From: Rhodospirillaceae bacterium
GTDB lineage: Bacteria > Pseudomonadota > Alphaproteobacteria > SP197
Assembly (NCBI GenBank): GCA_002722885.1
Contig: PBNE01000018.1
Coordinates: forward strand, 3,113-67,112
Reading direction: 5' to 3'
Length of the DNA stretch: 64,000 bases
The translations under genes were made by a program, and so were the position numbers. Within the stretch, counting starts at the first letter, position 1. Every line of letters begins with the position of its first letter. Positions 61,703-64,000 of this stretch are shown in pieces. The notes below the pieces were generated by a model. That model did not search any database, was not told where the DNA came from, and saw only the letters and a list, made by a program, of their open reading frames with translations.

Positions 61703-63571
61703 ATGGGCTCGGAACCTCTGACGATATACGATGTAAAATTCACGATTCGGCGTATGATCCAGCAGGCACCGAAGAGCACTCTGGTCCGCGAGTTCTTCAA
61801 GAACGCGGAGGAAAATGCTGCGCTAACTCCAGGCGGGCAGGGAAAAATCCGTATCTATCCAGTAACTGTTGATGGGGTTAGAAAGCTCGCCTTTTGGAAT
61901 ACCGGGATTGGCATGGACGAGGTTGAGCTTCGGACGGCGACCGAGATCTCCGCTTCAATCAACAAGCGGATGGGGTTGGATGGCAACTTCGGCATTGGAG
62001 CGAAAGTGTCGGGGCTAGCCGTATCACCTGCGGGAATCCGATACAGGTCCTGTAAGAACGGTACAGTCAACGAAGTAACAATCGGTTATGACGAAACCGA
62101 AGGCGAGTATGTTCGTTTCGCAGTTCAATTTGATGATGGAAAGACGGACACCGTATTTGATGTCACTGAGGTAGTAGAGTCCGAGGGTCACTCAACGGAT
62201 AGCGATTGGACGGAAGTTGTTTTGCTTGGTGAAAGCGACGGACATGACACTGTAGACCAACCCCTTAAGGAGGGGGATTCCCTAGAGCGGAGCTATATCC
62301 CAAGTGAGATCTTTCGCCGCTTTTCGAGATTTGCGCCCGATGTTGAGCTCGATGTCGATACGGCAATGACAAAGGGCGGAGGAAAGGATGAAACCGGCAG
62401 AAACCGATCGGTCAAACCGCTAGAGGCAATTCTCGATGACTTGCCCAGACACGAAATTATCAGCGACGACGAAAGCCGTGTTTCCGTTCGATACATCCAC
62501 GATCCAAAGCACGCCACCTCGAGCCACACTGAAAGTGCTCGTAAAATCCCGGCTGTCGCATCGACGACATTCTGTGCGTTGGTTCATAAAGGCGAGCGTT
62601 ACGACTACAAAACCAAGAAGGCTTGGTCGTCGGCGGCGCCGAACTTTGGTATCCCTTTTGGCTCAAAAGTGCTGACAATTGAAATTCATCTCTCAGACGA
62701 TATGGCCTCGCCGAACCAGTACCGGGATGGGTTAACCGATCCAAATGATCGTTCCCCTCTCGTTGCGCAGGATTTCGATGACTCGGTGCGGGAACTAATG
62801 CCGGATTGGGTAAAGGCGATCATCCAAGCAGAATCTCCAAAGTCGGGAGAAAACCTTGATGACTTGCAGAGTGAGCTGCAGAAGCTGCTAGATGAGTTCA
62901 AGGTGCCGACCCCTGCGTACCGTGAGATTTCCGCAAACGATTCGGTGCGATCCGATACATCGGACCAAGGTGAAGATTCATCAGAGCCGGTTGATGTTGA
63001 TTTCAGTCAGTTCCCCGGCGACATTGACTTCACATTGAGAGAACAGGTCGATGAAGCAATAACGGGGCAACGGGCTAACCCAAATAAGGTCCGCCGCGCT
63101 CCACAAGGCGCAAAGGCGTCAAAAGCACTCCAAGCTTTGGAACGCGTCCCAAAGATCCACATTCTCGATGATCCAACTGATATCGACGATAAGTCGATCA
63201 AAGGAAAAGCCGCCTGCTACTACAAAGACTCGCAAGAGATTTTTGTTAATGGCTTTTATCCAGCCGTCGATCGAATGGCCACAGAACTAGAAGCAGAACT
63301 GGCCGGTGAGGGTGATGCCGAGGTGCGGCGTACAGCGATAATTATGGCGTCAAGACGCTCCATGGCCTTCCGTGTTGGCAAAGCAGTCTGTTATGCGATC
63401 AGTAAGCGCCTAGTTGACGAATGGAATGCAGACGATCTCGATAAGGCAACCTCACCCGAGGCGCTATCCCTAATGGCTGACGATTATCGGCAGGGCATAA
63501 GCGAGGCCAAGCGGCATGCTAAGCAGCAAATCAAGCTTGAGGATGTGGAGAAACTCATAGCATCTAGCTAA
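61703..63571 (+). CDS. GHKL-superfamily (HATPase_c_3/MORC-like) ATPase with uncharacterised C-terminal half (622 aa)
   Basis: Bergerat-fold motifs in the correct order: N-box REFFKNAEENA, G1 box WNTGIGMD, G2 box GNFGIGAK. The remaining about 450 aa have no recognisable domain. Confidence 0.8.
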   Translation: MGSEPLTIYDVKFTIRRMIQQAPKSTLVREFFKNAEENAALTPGGQGKIRIYPVTVDGVRKLAFWNTGIGMDEVELRTATEISASINKRMGLDGNFGIGAKVSGLAVSPAGIRYRSCKNGTVNEVTIGYDETEGEYVRFAVQFDDGKTDTVFDVTEVVESEGHSTDSDWTEVVLLGESDGHDTVDQPLKEGDSLERSYIPSEIFRRFSRFAPDVELDVDTAMTKGGGKDETGRNRSVKPLEAILDDLPRHEIISDDESRVSVRYIHDPKHATSSHTESARKIPAVASTTFCALVHKGERYDYKTKKAWSSAAPNFGIPFGSKVLTIEIHLSDDMASPNQYRDGLTDPNDRSPLVAQDFDDSVRELMPDWVKAIIQAESPKSGENLDDLQSELQKLLDEFKVPTPAYREISANDSVRSDTSDQGEDSSEPVDVDFSQFPGDIDFTLREQVDEAITGQRANPNKVRRAPQGAKASKALQALERVPKIHILDDPTDIDDKSIKGKAACYYKDSQEIFVNGFYPAVDRMATELEAELAGEGDAEVRRTAIIMASRRSMAFRVGKAVCYAISKRLVDEWNADDLDKATSPEALSLMADDYRQGISEAKRHAKQQIKLEDVEKLIASS

Positions 63572-63602
63572 TATCCTTAATCTCCTTTCCACCCAAAATG
63601 CC

Positions 63603-63632
63603 CCCCCGAGCACGACGCTCGGGGGAGATTTT
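63603..63632 (+). terminator. Rho-independent terminator of the islet operon
   Basis: CCCCCGAGC-ACGAC-GCTCGGGGG followed by AGATTTTG, about 30 nt after the stop. Confidence 0.75.
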
Positions 63633-63920
63633 GCGGCAAAAACTGTTTATGCCGCTGACTTCGAACCAAGGCTTTCAGACGCCACAGCCGCTCGAACTTG
63701 CATAACAATCAATTCATGGCTTGCTGAATTCTTCGAGATCTTCTGCGGATCCCACGCCCCCATATCCAGGGCGAGCTTTTAGGCACCGACCAAACGGTCT
63801 ATGTGACGGTGCAGAAAAGCGACAGGGTCATCGACGGCCCAAAGTACCTTTCCCCCGTCAACTTTCATCAAACCTGTCAAACCGTGGAACATGGGCGCAA
63901 CCAAACCGTCGGGGTAAATG

Positions 63921-63956
63921 AAAAAGGGCCTAGCCCATATGAGCTAAGCCCTTTTT
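63921..63956 (-). terminator. Bidirectional-looking hairpin terminator just downstream of the tRNA
   Basis: AAAAAGGGCCTAGC-CCATATGA-GCTAAGCCCTTTTT (one mismatch). On the minus strand the stem is followed by TTTTTCATTT. Confidence 0.6.
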
Positions 63957-63960
63957 CAAT

Positions 63961-64000
63961 TGGTAGCGGGGGTAGGATTTGAACCTACGACCTTCAGGTT
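63961..64000 (-). tRNA. tRNA gene, 3' 40 nt only (T-arm, acceptor 3' strand, encoded CCA); probably tRNA-Met(CAU), initiator-like
   Basis: The reverse complement AACCTGAAGGTCGTAGGTTCAAATCCTACCCCCGCTACCA has T-stem GTAGG/CCTAC, T-loop TTCAAAT and a CCA end. It closely parallels the 3' half of E. coli tRNA-fMet (..AACCCGAAGGTCGTCGGTTCAAATCCGGCCCCCGCAACCA). The anticodon is outside the window. Confidence 0.85.

Larger units (their letters stand above)
61150..63960. other. Lower-GC genomic islet (two genes) abutting the 3' end of a tRNA gene
   Basis: Composition visibly shifts at about 61150. The islet has its own AT-rich promoter and terminator and ends at the tRNA 3' end at 63961. No integrase gene or att repeat was found. 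Confidence 0.5.

Noticed and set aside
63640-63920. Integrase or other coding remnant in the 290-nt gap between the GHKL terminator and the tRNA (e.g. the minus-strand 34-codon frame MFHGLTGLMKVDGGKVLWAVDDPVAFLHRHIDRLVGA, or the listed plus ORF 63721..63921).
   Set aside because: The frames are short, have no RBS, and show no resemblance to tyrosine or serine recombinase motifs that I can recognise. A BLASTX search would be needed to revive this.
1-64000. CRISPR arrays, rRNA genes, intact IS elements or transposases, prophage structural genes and toxin-antitoxin pairs.
   Set aside because: I saw no regularly spaced direct repeats, no rRNA-like conserved blocks, no DDE or HUH transposase or terminal inverted repeats, and no phage or TA gene signatures while reading both strands and the ORF track.

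Overview
High-GC bacterial chromosome segment, most likely alphaproteobacterial (inferred from gene content, the glnT/glx-like genes and the tRNA type). It starts with housekeeping genes: HDAC-family 3' end, xseB, ispA-like, dxs, SleB-like hydrolase, tlyA. The rest is a mosaic of nitrogen and methylated-amine catabolic modules. (1) 4.7-12.7 kb, minus strand: a Pot-like ABC importer, a PhyH-type dioxygenase and two glutamine-synthetase-like ligases, behind a near-consensus sigma54 promoter. (2) 13.9-17.3 kb: ALDH-HIT-GMC oxidoreductase. (3) 17.35-19.7 kb: a lower-GC scar with gene remnants and one small membrane protein. (4) 19.8-25.2 kb: a split and fused glutamate-synthase-like trio. (5) 25.5-31.3 kb: MlrC-like peptidase, PuuR-like regulator, long acyl-CoA dehydrogenase and two methyltransferases. 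(6) 31.3-41.1 kb: three tandem Rieske oxygenases, two StcD/DgcA-like flavin/Fe-S demethylases and an MDR dehydrogenase, plus a divergent decayed fourth Rieske gene. (7) 41.1-49.9 kb: betaine-type binding protein, class II aldolase, sulfatase, a chimeric pseudogene, and a TMADH-like/CoA-ligase/MaoC operon. (8) 49.9-60.9 kb: phnX, then an unknown 558-aa protein, a DUF3726-like protein, a His-rich ureohydrolase and a FAH-family protein, convergent with hyuA-hyuB-astE-like genes. (9) 61.15-63.96 kb: a lower-GC two-gene islet (75-aa protein plus a 622-aa GHKL/MORC-like ATPase) next to the 3' end of a tRNA. The best candidates for undescribed biology are the GHKL islet, the unknown/DUF3726-like/His-rich ureohydrolase operon, and a 28-bp operator-like motif (CGTGAAA-N14-TTTCACG) seen three times upstream of the demethylase-type operons. 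No CRISPR array, rRNA, intact IS element or integrase was seen. All homology calls rest on motif recognition by eye, because no database search was possible.
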